Origin: Escherichia coli
GTDB lineage: Bacteria; Pseudomonadota; Gammaproteobacteria; Enterobacterales; Enterobacteriaceae
DNA length: 64,000 bases
Assembly: GCF_024700885.2 (NCBI RefSeq)
Contig: NZ_CP117016.1
Reading direction: 5' to 3' (one strand)
Both the position numbers and the translations under genes were made by a program. Shown piece after piece: positions 9,866 to 20,269 of the stretch (positions within the stretch are counted from its first letter, which is position 1; every line of letters starts with the position of its first letter). Below the pieces are notes generated by a model. That model was not told the DNA's origin and ran no database searches. It worked only from the letters and a program-made list of their open reading frames with translations.

Positions 9866-10709
9866 GGCTATTCTCATTTTTGCCCGCCAGCTCCGACAAA
9901 AACAGTTTGTCTTTGTCTTCCACAATCAGGGCGCTAAATAATTCAGATTGCCCAATCGCCACCGGGAACGTTTCTCCCAGCGAGATGGGTAAAATATCCC
10001 CGGCTTTTATCTGCGTGAGATCCGCGACATTCAGCGACAGCTCGGCGATTTTGACGTTCAGGGTCAGCGGCAGAGAGCGGATAATCTCTTTAATCAGGGC
10101 CGGTTTATTAACGGATTTCGCCACCTGCTGCGGTTTACTGTGCTCGCTGTGGCGGATCAGATTCAAAATAAAATCGGTGTGGGCGTCGTCGAGCAAAATA
10201 CGAAAACTGCTCTCTTCATCGCCCGCAAGGGTAAAGGTTAATTGATACGCCCAGTGGGTAATCACCGTGCTGCTATCCAGCTTTAATTTCAGCGCAATAC
10301 CGGAGGTTTGCAGATTAAATATCAGCGTGCAGATATCCAGCGCGAGTCGGTTTTTTAAACGAGTTTCGGTTTTGGTCGGCAGCCCGTTATGCGCTTTCGC
10401 CTCTTCAAGAGAGGACTCCAGACCATAAAAATTGCCCAGCAGCATTAACAATAAGGAGCGATCAATATCAAACGCCAGATGCCCGACCTGGGAAACCATC
10501 AGTTCGGCGTTTTTATTAATAATATCCATTTCGCAGCCAATCTTTTTTAAGGTGATATTGCTGCGATGCTTTTTGAGAAAGTAGCTGCCCAGATGCGAAT
10601 CAATCACGTCAAAATTCCCCGTAAACAGGGTCGGCAGGCGATGGTAGGGGCGTCCGAGCCGATTACCTTCTAATTTAAAGATGCCTGGCGTTTTACTGTA
10701 CTTCAGCAT
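9858..10709 (-). CDS. lfiM: flagellar motor switch protein FliM homologue
   Basis: 283 aa; operon position upstream of lfiN and FliM-like N-terminal region. Confidence 0.78.
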   Translation of the reverse strand: MLKYSKTPGIFKLEGNRLGRPYHRLPTLFTGNFDVIDSHLGSYFLKKHRSNITLKKIGCEMDIINKNAELMVSQVGHLAFDIDRSLLLMLLGNFYGLESSLEEAKAHNGLPTKTETRLKNRLALDICTLIFNLQTSGIALKLKLDSSTVITHWAYQLTFTLAGDEESSFRILLDDAHTDFILNLIRHSEHSKPQQVAKSVNKPALIKEIIRSLPLTLNVKIAELSLNVADLTQIKAGDILPISLGETFPVAIGQSELFSALIVEDKDKLFLSELAGKNENSHE

Positions 10710-10888
10710 GGCTTACTTTCTCTGCTGTAATGGTATGGGTGTTTCTGTGCACGCAAATCCGGCTGTGACACAAGGTGAGGTATTAAATAGAGGGGGAGTG
10801 AAAGGGGCAAATTATTAATAGGATGAAAAAATAATTAATCGATTAATTGCTTAATGGGAGTGATTTTCGCCAATCAGTCTGCGGTCTG

Positions 10889-10928
10889 TCCCCTCGCCCC
10901 ATCCGGGGAGAGGGTTAGGGTGAGGGGG
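10889..10928. repeat. short intergenic palindromic repeat (second copy)
   Basis: ccctcgccccatccggggagagggttagggtgaggg, same architecture as the repeat at 1049-1088. Confidence 0.4.
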
Positions 10929-11081
10929 CATCACAGATGTCCAAATTAACAGTATTAATATCTAACTAATTGTTTACCATCAAATAATATTTTTATTATC
11001 GTTTAATTCGAACTTGTTAATCCCGCCGGTGATACGCTTCAGAACATCCTGTTTTCTGTCGCTACTTATATCGTTCACCCT

Positions 11082-11349
11082 ATGTCTGAACTTATTGCAA
11101 CTGCCGCTTCCAGCATTAACGCTTTTACTCTGGCAAAGCGTGTCGCCGCATTTAACGTGCCGGTGCTCATTCAGGGCGAAACCGGCGCGGGCAAAGAATG
11201 CGTGGCAAAATATATTCACACCGTCGCCTTTGGTGAAAATGATAACGCGCCCTATATCGGCGTGAACTGCGCGGCGATCCCGGAAAACATGCTGGAAGCT
11301 ACATTATTTGGCTACGACAAAGGCGCATTTACCGGCGCAATTGCCAGCG
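11082..11349 (+). pseudogene. lafK: truncated sigma-54-dependent activator (Flag-2 regulator LafK-like), cut by IS1
   Basis: Translation contains the AAA+ Walker A GETGAGKE and sigma-54 activator-like sequence, then runs directly into the IS1 left end at 11350. Confidence 0.7.
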
Positions 11350-11404
11350 GGTGATGCTGCCAACTTACTGATTTAGTGTATGATGGTGTTTTTGAGGTGC
11401 TCCA

Positions 11405-11680
11405 GTGGCTTCTGTTTCTATCAGCTGTCCCTCCTGTTCAGCTACTGACGGGGTGGTGCGTAACGGCAAAAGCACCGCCGGACATCAGCGCTATCTCTGC
11501 TCTCACTGCCGTAAAACATGGCAACTGCAGTTCACTTACACCGCTTCTCAACCCGGTACGCACCAGAAAATCATTGATATGGCCATGAATGGCGTTGGAT
11601 GCCGGGCAACCGCCCGCATTATGGGCGTTGGCCTCAACACGATTTTCCGCCATTTAAAAAACTCAGGCCGCAGTCGGTAA
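11405..11680 (+). CDS. insA: IS1 InsA (transposition repressor)
   Basis: 91 aa [41 protein letters not shown]..., the zinc-finger InsA of IS1. Confidence 0.92.
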   Translation: MASVSISCPSCSATDGVVRNGKSTAGHQRYLCSHCRKTWQLQFTYTASQPGTHQKIIDMAMNGVGCRATARIMGVGLNTIFRHLKNSGRSR

Positions 11681-12102
11681 CCTCGCGCATACAGCCGGGC
11701 AGTGACGTCATCGTCTGCGCGGAAATGGACGAACAGTGGGGATACGTCGGGGCTAAATCGCGCCAGCGCTGGCTGTTTTACGCGTATGACAGGCTCCGGA
11801 AGACGGTTGTTGCGCACGTATTCGGTGAACGCACTATGGCGACGCTGGGGCGTCTTATGAGCCTGCTGTCACCCTTTGACGTGGTGATATGGATGACGGA
11901 TGGCTGGCCGCTGTATGAATCCCGCCTGAAGGGAAAGCTGCACGTAATCAGCAAGCGATATACGCAGCGAATTGAGCGGCATAACCTGAATCTGAGGCAG
12001 CACCTGGCACGGCTGGGACGGAAGTCGCTGTCGTTCTCAAAATCGGTGGAGCTGCATGACAAAGTCATCGGGCATTATCTGAACATAAAACACTATCAAT
12101 AA
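11599..12102 (+). CDS. insB: IS1 InsB reading frame (expressed as InsAB' transposase by -1 frameshift)
   Basis: Frame encodes ...[60 protein letters not shown]..., recognised as IS1 InsB. Confidence 0.88.
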   Translation: MPGNRPHYGRWPQHDFPPFKKLRPQSVTSRIQPGSDVIVCAEMDEQWGYVGAKSRQRWLFYAYDRLRKTVVAHVFGERTMATLGRLMSLLSPFDVVIWMTDGWPLYESRLKGKLHVISKRYTQRIERHNLNLRQHLARLGRKSLSFSKSVELHDKVIGHYLNIKHYQ

Positions 12103-12118
12103 GTTGGAGTCATTACCG

Positions 12119-12274
12119 GAATGCCTGACGGAAATGAAATTTGAAGATTTGCGCGGCATGAAAATATCCGCCATCCGCAAACTGATTTCTGATGCGCTAA
12201 AGAAAGATCTTCAGCGTCGCAAAATGAGCGCACCGTATAAGGATTTGCTGGTGAAAAAAGTGGTCTTCCAGTAA
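12119..12274 (+). pseudogene. 3' remnant of a gene truncated by the IS1-associated deletion
   Basis: Open frame immediately after the IS1 right end encodes a C-terminal tail (...KISAIRKLISDALKKDLQRRKMSAPYKDLLVKKVVFQ*) with no upstream start context. Confidence 0.35.
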
Positions 12275-12293
12275 TCACCAGGCGGATATAAAC

Positions 12294-13010
12294 ATGCTAC
12301 AGGACGTATTCGAGTCAGAAGAATTTGCTGCCGCGCCGGTATTAACCCCGCAGCAGGAGAGCCACTACTTGCAGGCCTATTTACCGTTGGTGCGTAAAGT
12401 GGTGCGGCAACTTGCCCCGCAGTGTAATTGCATTATTGATCGTCAGGATATGGAACAAATGGCGTTAATGGGGCTGCTTAATGCCATTCGTCGCTACGGG
12501 CTGCCGGACGAAGGTTTTGCGGGCTATGCCGTGCACCGTATTCGCGGCGCGATCCTGGATGAGCTGCGCGCTCTCGACTGGCGACCGCGCCAGCTGCGAC
12601 AGAAATATCATCAGATGAAAGATCTGATACGCGAAACGCGTAAAAAACTGGGGCACGAACCGGAGTGGTCAGAACTGGCCGTGGAAGGGATTTCGCATGA
12701 AGATTATATCGAATATCAGCAACTGGAAGGGGCGGAAACGCTCGCCAGCCTTGACGAACTGCTGAACGGCGAAGGGCCAGGCATTCCACTTGTTGGCAGG
12801 GAACTGGAAGATCAGTTTGTCACCCAGCAAATGCTGCAATACGCGCTTTCACTATTAAGCGAAAAAGAGCAACTGATCCTCTCCATGTATTACCAGCATG
12901 AGATGAATCTCAAAGAGATTGCGCTGGTATTAGGGCTAACCGAGGCCCGAATTTGTCAACTGAATAAACAGATCGCGCAGAAAATTCGTGATTTTGTCTA
13001 TCCGAATTAA
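12294..13010 (+). CDS. lafS: flagellar sigma factor (FliA/sigma-28 family), Flag-2 system
   Basis: 238 aa with sigma-70 regions 2 and 4 (C-terminal HTH LKEIALVLGLTEARICQL). Confidence 0.85.
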   Translation: MLQDVFESEEFAAAPVLTPQQESHYLQAYLPLVRKVVRQLAPQCNCIIDRQDMEQMALMGLLNAIRRYGLPDEGFAGYAVHRIRGAILDELRALDWRPRQLRQKYHQMKDLIRETRKKLGHEPEWSELAVEGISHEDYIEYQQLEGAETLASLDELLNGEGPGIPLVGRELEDQFVTQQMLQYALSLLSEKEQLILSMYYQHEMNLKEIALVLGLTEARICQLNKQIAQKIRDFVYPN

Positions 13011-13022
13011 AGTGAAGAAATC

Positions 13023-13886
13023 ATGCAAAAAATATTAGGTTTACTGGTGGTGCTCGGCTGCGTATTTGGCGGTTATTTTGAAGCGGGCGGGCAACTAGTG
13101 GCTATCTGGCAACCGGCGGAGATGATCATTATTTTGGGTGCCGGTTTCGGGGCGATGATTATTGGTAATCCGAAACATGTGCTGAAAGAGATTGCTCATC
13201 AAATTAAAGGCGTGATCAGTAAAAAACAGCTCGGGCCGGAGTTTCAGCGTCAGCTATTAATGTGCCTGTATGAGTTGCTCGAAATGGTACAAAACGGCGG
13301 CCTGCGCATGTTGGATCAGCATATTGAGCAGCCGGAAGAGAGCACCGTTTTCCAGAAATACCCGCTGGTGTTAACCCAGAAGCGGCTGGTGACCTTTATT
13401 GCCGATAACTTTCGCCTGATGGCGATGGGCAAAATCGACGCCCACGAACTGGAAGGCATTCTCGATCAGGAGCTGGATACCGCCGAAGAGTCGCTGCTCA
13501 CGCCGTCGCGCTCGCTGCAACGTACCGCCGAAGCGATGCCGGGATTTGGTATTTGCGCGGCGGTGCTGGGCATCATCATCACCATGCAGTCGATTGATGG
13601 ATCTATCGCCCTGATTGGCCTGAAAGTGGCGGCGGCTCTGGTGGGGACGTTTTTAGGCGTCTTTATCTGCTACTGCCTGATGGACCCGCTTGCCAACGCC
13701 ATGGAACAACAGGCGCGGGCGGAACATTCTTTGCTGGAATGTGTGCGTACCGTGCTGGTGGCGCAGGCGGGCGGTAAACCGACGCTGCTGGCGGTAGACG
13801 CCGGGCGTAAGCTGCTGCATCTAGCGTCCAAACCGACCTTCGCCAACCTCGACGCGTGGGTGAATGCGATGCTGGAGCAAGAATAA
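13023..13886 (+). CDS. lafT: flagellar stator protein MotA homologue
   Basis: 287 aa, four TM helices, MotA/TolQ/ExbB family pattern. Confidence 0.88.
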   Translation: MQKILGLLVVLGCVFGGYFEAGGQLVAIWQPAEMIIILGAGFGAMIIGNPKHVLKEIAHQIKGVISKKQLGPEFQRQLLMCLYELLEMVQNGGLRMLDQHIEQPEESTVFQKYPLVLTQKRLVTFIADNFRLMAMGKIDAHELEGILDQELDTAEESLLTPSRSLQRTAEAMPGFGICAAVLGIIITMQSIDGSIALIGLKVAAALVGTFLGVFICYCLMDPLANAMEQQARAEHSLLECVRTVLVAQAGGKPTLLAVDAGRKLLHLASKPTFANLDAWVNAMLEQE

Positions 13887-13888
13887 GC

Positions 13889-14812
13889 ATGAGAAAGACG
13901 GGCAACCGCCGCGAGCGTGGGGCAAAAACCACCATCGTCCGGCGGCAGATCAAAAAGAATCATGCCGGGCATCACGGCGGGGCGTGGAAGGTGGCGTTCG
14001 CCGACTTTACTTTGGCAATGATGGCGCTATTTATGACGCTGTGGATTGTCAACAGCGTCAGTAAATCCGAGCGTGAAAGCATTATCGCCGCGCTGCACGG
14101 GCAGTCGATTTTCAATGGCGGCGGGTTGTCGCCGTTAAATAAAATCAGCCCGTCTCATCCGCCAAAACCTGCCACCGTGGCGGTGCCGGAAGAGACGGAG
14201 AAAAAAGCGCGTGACGTCAATGAGAAAACGGCGCTGCTGAAGAAGAAATCAGCCACTGAGCTTGGCGAGCTGGCGACCAGTATCAACACCATTGCCCGTG
14301 ATGCACATATGGAAGCGAATCTGGAGATGGAGATTGTTCCCCAGGGACTGCGCGTGCTGATTAAAGATGACCAGAACCGCAATATGTTTGAACGCGGCAG
14401 CGCACAGATTATGCCGTTCTTTAAAACTTTGCTGGTGGAGCTCGCGCCAGTGTTCGACTCGCTCGATAACAAAATTATTATTACCGGGCATACCGATGCG
14501 ATGGCCTACAAAAACAATATCTACAACAACTGGAACCTTTCGGGCGATCGCGCGCTTTCGGCTCGTCGGGTGCTGGAAGAGGCCGGAATGCCGGAAGATA
14601 AAGTGATGCAGGTGAGCGCGATGGCGGACCAGATGCTGCTGGACGCGAAAAATCCGCAAAGCGCGGGCAACCGACGCATTGAGATTATGGTGCTGACCAA
14701 AAGTGCGTCCGATACGCTGTATCAATACTTTGGTCAGCATGGGGATAAAGTGGTGCAGCCGCTGGTGCAAAAGCTGGATAAGCAGCAGGTGCATTCGCAG
14801 CGAACGCGCTAG
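13889..14812 (+). CDS. lafU: flagellar stator protein MotB homologue (OmpA-like peptidoglycan-binding domain)
   Basis: ORF 13856..14812; start trimmed to MRKTGNRRE; single TM then OmpA-like C-terminal domain (NRRIEIMVL). Confidence 0.85.
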   Translation: MRKTGNRRERGAKTTIVRRQIKKNHAGHHGGAWKVAFADFTLAMMALFMTLWIVNSVSKSERESIIAALHGQSIFNGGGLSPLNKISPSHPPKPATVAVPEETEKKARDVNEKTALLKKKSATELGELATSINTIARDAHMEANLEMEIVPQGLRVLIKDDQNRNMFERGSAQIMPFFKTLLVELAPVFDSLDNKIIITGHTDAMAYKNNIYNNWNLSGDRALSARRVLEEAGMPEDKVMQVSAMADQMLLDAKNPQSAGNRRIEIMVLTKSASDTLYQYFGQHGDKVVQPLVQKLDKQQVHSQRTR

Positions 14813-14849
14813 ATGCTGAATCTTTACGCATTTCTCAAACCCTGAAATC

Positions 14850-14869
14850 ACTGTATACTTTACCAGTGT
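14850..14869 (+). promoter_or_regulatory. LexA (SOS) box upstream of dinB
   Basis: aCTGTatactttacCAGTgt matches the CTGT-N8-ACAG type LexA operator, about 15 bp upstream of the dinB start. Confidence 0.7.
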
Positions 14870-14882
14870 TGAGAGGTGAGCA

Positions 14883-15938
14883 ATGCGTAAAATCATTCAT
14901 GTGGATATGGACTGCTTTTTCGCAGCGGTGGAGATGCGCGACAATCCCGCCCTGCGCGATATCCCTATTGCTATTGGCGGCAGCCGCGAACGTCGGGGGG
15001 TGATCAGCACCGCCAATTATCCCGCGCGTAAATTTGGCGTACGTAGCGCTATGCCGACAGGGATGGCGCTCAAATTATGCCCACATCTCACCTTGCTTCC
15101 GGGGCGCTTTGACGCCTACAAAGAAGCCTCAAATCATATCCGTGAAATCTTCTCGCGCTACACCTCGCGTATTGAACCGTTGTCACTGGATGAAGCCTAT
15201 CTCGATGTCACTGATAGCGTCCATTGCCACGGTTCTGCGACCCTCATCGCCCAGGAAATCCGCCAGACGATTTTCAGCGAGCTGCAACTGACGGCGTCTG
15301 CGGGCGTGGCACCAGTAAAGTTTCTCGCCAAAATCGCCTCCGACATGAATAAACCCAACGGCCAGTTTGTGATTACGCCGGCAGAAGTTCCGGCATTTTT
15401 ACAAACCTTACCACTGGCAAAAATCCCCGGCGTCGGCAAAGTCTCGGCGGCAAAACTGGAAGCGATGGGGCTGCGGACCTGCGGTGATGTACAAAAGTGT
15501 GATCTGGTGATGCTGCTTAAACGCTTTGGCAAATTTGGCCGCATTTTGTGGGAGCGTAGTCAGGGGATTGACGAACGCGATGTTAACAGCGAACGGTTGC
15601 GAAAATCCGTCGGCGTGGAACGCACGATGGCGGAAGATATTCATCACTGGTCTGAATGTGAAGCGATTATCGAGCGGCTGTATCCGGAACTTGAACGCCG
15701 TCTGGCAAAGGTGAAACCTGATTTACTGATTGCTCGCCAGGGGGTGAAATTAAAGTTTGATGATTTTCAGCAAACCACTCAGGAGCACGTCTGGCCGCGG
15801 CTGAATAAAGCTGATCTAATCGCCACCGCGCGTAAAACCTGGGATGAACGCCGCGGCGGGCGCGGTGTGCGACTGGTGGGGCTGCATGTGACGTTGCTTG
15901 ACCCTCAAATGGAAAGACAACTGGTGCTGGGATTATGA
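14883..15938 (+). CDS. dinB: DNA polymerase IV (Y-family translesion polymerase)
   Basis: 351 aa starting [33 protein letters not shown]. Confidence 0.95.
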   Translation: MRKIIHVDMDCFFAAVEMRDNPALRDIPIAIGGSRERRGVISTANYPARKFGVRSAMPTGMALKLCPHLTLLPGRFDAYKEASNHIREIFSRYTSRIEPLSLDEAYLDVTDSVHCHGSATLIAQEIRQTIFSELQLTASAGVAPVKFLAKIASDMNKPNGQFVITPAEVPAFLQTLPLAKIPGVGKVSAAKLEAMGLRTCGDVQKCDLVMLLKRFGKFGRILWERSQGIDERDVNSERLRKSVGVERTMAEDIHHWSECEAIIERLYPELERRLAKVKPDLLIARQGVKLKFDDFQQTTQEHVWPRLNKADLIATARKTWDERRGGRGVRLVGLHVTLLDPQMERQLVLGL

Positions 15939-15989
15939 TGTATACTATTATGTCTATTCTGGTGTGCATTATTATGAGGGGATCACTGT

Positions 15990-16283
15990 ATGCATCGAAT
16001 TCTCGCTGAAAAATCGGTCAATATCACTGAGTTACGTAAAAACCCAGCTAAATACTTTATTGATCAACCGGTTGCGGTTCTTTCTAATAATCGCCCCGCA
16101 GGATATCTCTTAAGTGCCAGCGCATTCGAAGCGTTAATGGACATGCTTGCTGAACAAGAGGAGAAAAAACTGGTTAAGGCGCGCTTCCGTCCGAGTGCCG
16201 CAAGATTAGAGGAAATTACACGCCGCGCTGAACAATATCTTAATGATATGACGGATGATGATTTCAATGACTTTAAGGAATAA
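15990..16283 (+). CDS. yafN: YafN antitoxin (Phd/YefM family)
   Basis: 97 aa; operon position after dinB; Phd/YefM-like N-terminus. Confidence 0.85.
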   Translation: MHRILAEKSVNITELRKNPAKYFIDQPVAVLSNNRPAGYLLSASAFEALMDMLAEQEEKKLVKARFRPSAARLEEITRRAEQYLNDMTDDDFNDFKE

Positions 16284-16285
16284 GG

Positions 16286-16684
16286 ATGCGGGTATTCAAA
16301 ACAAAACTTATTTGCCTGCAACTTACAGCAGAGGAACTTGATGCGTTAACGGCGGATTTTATTTCCTATAAGCGTGACGGTGTTTTGCCAGATATATTTG
16401 GTCGCGATGCACTCTACGACGACTCGTTTACCTGGCCATTAATCAAATTTGAGCGAGTTGCTCATATTCATCTGGCAAATGTGAATAATCCATTTCCGCC
16501 ACAGTTGCGCCAATTCAGCAGAACGAATGACGAAGCGCATTTGGTATATTGTCAGGGTGCGTTTGATGAGCAAGCATGGTTGCTCATTGCCATTCTGAAA
16601 CCTGAACCTCATAAACTGGCTCGAGATAACAACCAAATGCATAAAATTGGGAAAATGGCAGAAGCGTTTCGCATGCGTTTTTGA
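16286..16684 (+). CDS. yafO: YafO toxin (ribosome-dependent mRNA interferase)
   Basis: 132 aa directly after yafN with 2-nt spacing. Confidence 0.85.
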   Translation: MRVFKTKLICLQLTAEELDALTADFISYKRDGVLPDIFGRDALYDDSFTWPLIKFERVAHIHLANVNNPFPPQLRQFSRTNDEAHLVYCQGAFDEQAWLLIAILKPEPHKLARDNNQMHKIGKMAEAFRMRF

Positions 16685-16693
16685 ATTTATATT

Positions 16694-17146
16694 ATGAATA
16701 ACATACAAATAAGAAACTATCAGCCTGGCGATTTTCAGCAACTATGCGCTATTTTCCTTAGAGCGGTTACGATGACCGCCAGTCAGCATTATTCACCACA
16801 ACAAATTGCCGCCTGGGCGCAGATTGACGAATCTCGCTGGAAGGAGAAACTCGCGAAATCACAAGTATGGGTTGCGATCATTAATGCACAACCGGTTGGT
16901 TTTATTTCCCGCATTGAACACTATATCGATATGTTATTTGTTGACCCTGAATACACCCGCCGTGGGGTTGCCAGCGCTTTGTTAAAACCTTTGATTAAGT
17001 CTGAATCCGAACTTACGGTGGACGCAAGCATAACCGCAAAACCCTTTTTTGAACGTTATGGTTTTCAGACAGTTAAGCAGCAGCGCGTTGAATGCAGGGG
17101 AGCGTGGTTTACTAATTTTTCTATGCGATATAAACCGCAACATTAA
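16694..17146 (+). CDS. yafP: GNAT-family N-acetyltransferase
   Basis: 150 aa; last gene of the dinB-yafNOP operon; GNAT motif region (RRGVASALL). Confidence 0.85.
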   Translation: MNNIQIRNYQPGDFQQLCAIFLRAVTMTASQHYSPQQIAAWAQIDESRWKEKLAKSQVWVAIINAQPVGFISRIEHYIDMLFVDPEYTRRGVASALLKPLIKSESELTVDASITAKPFFERYGFQTVKQQRVECRGAWFTNFSMRYKPQH

Positions 17147-17378
17147 ATTCAGCTTGCAATGAAAATAACACCCGCCTGGTATGTGCGCGTTTTCTTATTC
17201 CACAAACTGCAAGGAGGTAAATCATGACAAATCCTTTATCAATGACTCTTTGCAGACCTTTCCAGGATTAATTCTTTTTTCTTGCCCTGGATTCGTCTGC
17301 CATTTCCTGATTTTTATATTTATATACTCTAAATAATTCGAGTCGCAGTACATGCAACTTGAAGTATGACGAGTATAA

Positions 17379-17645
17379 ATGGGATGGTACATGGGCAAAT
17401 CTATTCGTCCCTTATCCGATGCGGTATTTACCATCGCATCTGATGGCCTGTGGATCGAGAGTTTAGCGATCCAACAATTACACACCACGGCAAATTTACC
17501 CAACATGCAGCGCGTAGTAGGGATGCCAGATTTACACCCCGGACGCGGCTACCCGATTGGCGCAGCGTTCTTCTCCGCAGGCCGTTTTTACCCGGCAAGA
17601 CGTCGCGGTAACGGTGCTGGAAACAGAAACGGGCCGCTACTCTGA
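17379..17645 (+). pseudogene. ykfJ: RtcB-like RNA ligase fragment (frameshifted/truncated)
   Basis: Only about 90 aa of RtcB-like N-terminal sequence (...[16 protein letters not shown]), continuing in another frame (17557..17811). Confidence 0.6.
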
Positions 17646-17687
17646 CACGCTGCGTTCGGCGCTGATTTCTCTGGATGGCGATAACGC

Positions 17688-17945
17688 ATGGGCATTAAGC
17701 GAAAGTTGGTGCGGCACTATTCAGTGGATTTGTCCGAGTCCGTATCGGCCTCATCATGGGCGCAAAAACTGGTTTCTGGGCATGCTAACAAGCGGCTGGC
17801 GCGATTGCTGATTGCCTGGAAGCTGGAACAACAGCAACAGGAAAATAGCGCGGCGCTGAAATCGCAGTGGCGAATGTTCCATCATCAAATTGAACGTGGC
17901 AACCCGCGACGGACATTTACAGGGATGGCTTTTATCGAAGGATAA
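17688..17945 (+). pseudogene. prfH: peptide chain release factor homologue fragment
   Basis: 85-aa C-terminal fragment in a third frame, adjacent to the rtcB-like remnant. Confidence 0.55.
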
Positions 17946-18001
17946 TGAAGGATGAAACTGCCGGAAGGCGATTAAACGCCATCCGGCAGCAAATCAAATA
18001 A

Positions 18002-19459
18002 TTACTTCGCCGGAATTTCTTTCAGCAGTTCAGTCAGCAGTGTCCAGTAATGACCAACGCTTTCGATATGAACCTGCTCATCCGGAGAGTGCGGACCGGT
18101 GATGGTTGGCCCGATAGAAACCATGTCCATTTCCGGATACGGTTTTTTAAACAGACCACATTCCAGGCCCGCGTGGATAATCTGGATGTTCGGCGTCTTG
18201 TTGAACAGACGCTGATAGGTTTCACGCACCAGGTGCATCACCGGAGAATTAGCGTCCGGCTGCCAGCCTGGATACGCGCCTTTCGCTTCGGTTTTCGCGC
18301 CAGCCAGTTTACCCAGCGAATCCAGCATGCTCACCACGTAGTCTTTACCGCTGTCGATCAGAGAACGGATCAGGCAGTGAATTTCTACGTTATTGTCAGT
18401 CATGGTCACCACACCGACGTTCAGGGAGGTTTCGACCACACCTTTTGCCACGTCGGAGTTGCGGATCACACCGTTCGGGGTAGCGTTCAGCAGACGAATA
18501 AAGGTATCGCGAGATTTCGCAATCAGGGCAGCTTTATCGTTCGCAACAGAGTCCAGCAGCAATGCCAGATTTTTCTCTTTCTCTGCCAGCTCGTTTTTCA
18601 GGATCTCCTGATAGGTATTCACCAGAGATTTCAGTGCGTCGACTTTATCAGCTGCGACAGCAATCGTCGCAAAGGCTTCACGCGGGATGGCGTTACGCAG
18701 TGTGCCACCGTTGAAATCGATAAGGCGCAGGTCCAGCTCTTCCGCATGACCCGCCAGGAAGCGCACCAGCAGTTTGTTGGCATTACCCAGGCCAACGTGG
18801 ATTTCACCGCCGGAGTGACCGCCTTTCAGGCCTTTTAAGGTTAACTTGAAGGTTTCAAAGCCAGCTGGAACCGCTTCACGATCTAAATGCAGGTTGGAGG
18901 TAAAGTCGATACCCCCCGCGCAACCCATGTAGATTTCACCTTCCTCTTCGGAGTCGGTGTTAATCAGAATATCAGCCTGCAACCAGTTGCTCTGTAAGCC
19001 AAAAGCACCATCCATACCGGCTTCTTCGGTCATGGTCAGCAGCACTTCCAGCGGGCCGTGAACCACGTTTTCGTCAGCCAGAACCGCCAGCGCAGACGCC
19101 ATACCAATGCCGTTATCCGCACCCAGCGTGGTGCCGCGCGCTTTAACCCATTCGCCATCAATATAAGGCTGGATAGGATCTTTAGTGAAGTCATGCACAG
19201 TGTCGTTATTTTTCTGCGGCACCATATCGAGGTGGGCCTGCAAGACGACCGGTTTACGATTTTCCATACCTGCGGTAGCAGGTTTACGAATCAGGATATT
19301 ACCTACCTGATCGCGTTCGACATGGAAACCTTTCTCTTTTGCCCAACCAACAATGTATTCAGCGAGTTGCTCTTCATGATAGGACGGGTGAGGAATAGAA
19401 CAGATTTTGGCAAAAATATCCCACAGCGGCTGTGGAGATAATTGAGACAGTTCAGACAC
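18002..19459 (-). CDS. pepD: cytosolic non-specific dipeptidase (aminoacyl-histidine dipeptidase)
   Basis: 485 aa M20-family peptidase starting MSELSQLSPQPLWDIFAKICSIPHPSYHEE. Confidence 0.95.
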   Translation of the reverse strand: MSELSQLSPQPLWDIFAKICSIPHPSYHEEQLAEYIVGWAKEKGFHVERDQVGNILIRKPATAGMENRKPVVLQAHLDMVPQKNNDTVHDFTKDPIQPYIDGEWVKARGTTLGADNGIGMASALAVLADENVVHGPLEVLLTMTEEAGMDGAFGLQSNWLQADILINTDSEEEGEIYMGCAGGIDFTSNLHLDREAVPAGFETFKLTLKGLKGGHSGGEIHVGLGNANKLLVRFLAGHAEELDLRLIDFNGGTLRNAIPREAFATIAVAADKVDALKSLVNTYQEILKNELAEKEKNLALLLDSVANDKAALIAKSRDTFIRLLNATPNGVIRNSDVAKGVVETSLNVGVVTMTDNNVEIHCLIRSLIDSGKDYVVSMLDSLGKLAGAKTEAKGAYPGWQPDANSPVMHLVRETYQRLFNKTPNIQIIHAGLECGLFKKPYPEMDMVSIGPTITGPHSPDEQVHIESVGHYWTLLTELLKEIPAK

Positions 19460-19719
19460 GTTAAGTCTCCTTGTCGATCACCCGCAAAACAGTATTGCAG
19501 GTCACAGGGTTAGCAGAAAATGTTGTCAACACAAGACAGGCTTGCGAGATATGTTTGAGAATACCACTTTATCCCGCGTCAGGGAGAGGCAGTGCGTAAA
19601 AAGACGCGGACTCATGTGAAATACTGGTTTTTAGTGCGCCAGATCTCTATAATCTCGCGCAACCTATTTTCCCCTCGAACACTTTTTAAGCCGTAGATAA
19701 ACAGGCTGGGACACTTCAC

Positions 19720-20178
19720 ATGAGCGAAAAATACATCGTCACCTGGGACATGTTGCAGATCCATGCACGTAAACTCGCAAGCCGACTGATGCCTTCTGAA
19801 CAATGGAAAGGCATTATTGCCGTAAGCCGTGGCGGTCTGGTACCGGGTGCGTTACTGGCGCGTGAACTGGGTATTCGTCATGTCGATACCGTTTGTATTT
19901 CCAGCTACGATCACGACAACCAGCGCGAGCTTAAAGTGCTGAAACGTGCAGAAGGCGATGGCGAAGGCTTCATCGTTATTGATGACCTGGTGGATACCGG
20001 TGGTACTGCGGTTGCGATTCGTGAAATGTATCCAAAAGCGCACTTTGTCACCATCTTCGCAAAACCGGCCGGTCGCCCGCTGGTTGATGATTATGTTGTT
20101 GATATCCCGCAAGATACCTGGATCGAACAGCCGTGGGATATGGGCGTCGTATTCGTCCCGCCAATCTCCGGTCGCTAA
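19720..20178 (+). CDS. gpt: xanthine-guanine phosphoribosyltransferase
   Basis: 152 aa starting [23 protein letters not shown] with PRTase motif [11 protein letters not shown]. Confidence 0.95.
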
Positions 20179-20269
20179 TCTTTTCAACGCCTGGCACTGC
20201 CGGGCGTTGTTCTTTTTAACTTCAGGCAGGTTACAATAGTTTCCAGTAAGTATTCTGGAGGCTGCATCC

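Larger units (their letters stand above)
11350..12117 (+). mobile_element. IS1 insertion sequence (768 bp)
   Basis: Starts GGTGATGCTGCCAACTTACTGAT and ends ...AAGTTGGAGTCATTACC (IS1 terminal inverted repeats); encodes InsA and InsB. Confidence 0.92.

Noticed and set aside
11341-12126. Simple IS1 insertion with 9-bp target-site duplication
   Set aside because: The flanking 9-mers differ (ttgccagcg versus ggaatgcct), so this is treated as a deletion junction, not a simple insertion.
18050-18838. 262-aa antisense ORF inside pepD
   Set aside because: Embedded opposite a well-conserved gene; translation has no recognisable domain.
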